A stretch of 64,000 bases of DNA, taken from the NCBI GenBank assembly GCA_965287045.1, contig OZ336870.1:151342001-151406000 (forward strand), read 5' to 3'. Positions 63,294 through 64,000 of this stretch are shown in pieces; position 1 is the stretch's first letter; each line of letters starts with the position of its first letter. Position numbers and translations under genes: made by a program. Source of the DNA: Carcharhinus amblyrhynchos (Eukaryota). The notes under the pieces were generated by a model. The model ran no database searches. It worked only from the letters and a program-made list of their open reading frames with translations, and had not been told where the DNA came from.

Positions 63294-64000
63294 CATTAAG
63301 CAGTGTCTGCTTTATTTTCTGTCACAAAGTGTCATTTTCTAATCACGTTGAATGGGAATCACAAAGCAGAGAGGGTTACGTGTATTAAACTGGTACTTAA
63401 CTTGCAAGTTCTAAACCTTGATTCTAAACTCAGCATGCGAATGATTTAAAGAAAAGATATATCAGTTTTATTGTTCAGTAATTATTTCCAGAGATCTGCC
63501 AATGAGTCTAAGGGATGCCACTTGCATCTGCAACTGTGTGAGCTGTTCTTTGCTCATTGAATATCGGTGGGAGCTCTATTGTGTAAGCAAACCAAAGGAA
63601 GAAGGGTTTGTGGTTTCAGTATATGTTTAAAGCATATCAGCGACCACTTATTTACCAGTATTATGCCAATAACTGAACTTCCTTTTTACATAAGTGACTG
63701 AGGGGAATTCCCTATGTTTCTGATGTGGCTTATTTTAGCCCAACTAAGTTTTAAAATTATTTCAGATTTGTAAGCTTTCTACCAGTAACATGGTTTGAGG
63801 ATTATTTTGTAATGTGTGAAGATAGAGAGATATGCCAACAGCAGTTTGTGACCAGATTTTACACAATAAGAATCTTTCTTGAGTGTCCTCTGAATTAAGA
63901 GAGCTGTGTTTGGAAAAAAAAATCTGCTCTCTCAAATTCTTGTCCTGATACTCTCTGACTAAAGATCACATAAAGCTAAGGGAGACATTCTCACAACTTA

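Noticed and set aside
1-64000. CRISPR arrays, operons, rRNA or true tRNA genes
   Set aside because: This is vertebrate repeat-rich DNA. No spaced direct-repeat array was seen, and the tRNA-like segments are SINE heads.

Overview
Eukaryotic vertebrate genomic DNA, almost certainly from a shark. The evidence is multiple HE1-type tRNA-derived SINEs, a SacSINE1/DeuSINE copy and shark-type CR1 and Rex1 LINE tails. The window is intronic or intergenic: no complete protein-coding gene is present, and nearly all ORFs in the track are spurious or transposon-derived. The only candidate host exons are isolated, the best being a 150-nt AG/GT-bounded segment at 10682-10831. The most striking structures are short, target-site-duplicated, palindromic insertions from at least three Penelope-like element families, each carrying a minimal hammerhead-ribozyme core. 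Two young copies (5089-5307 and 11801-12003) have perfect or near-perfect 89-bp and 81-bp arms. They are essentially identical to each other except in and next to the ribozyme helices, where helix II changes in a pairing-preserving way. Also present are a young CR1 3' end, a degenerate HARBI1-like Harbinger transposase with probable MITE derivatives, and a TA-flanked Tc1/mariner-type MITE. All family assignments come from recognising motifs by eye; no database search was run.
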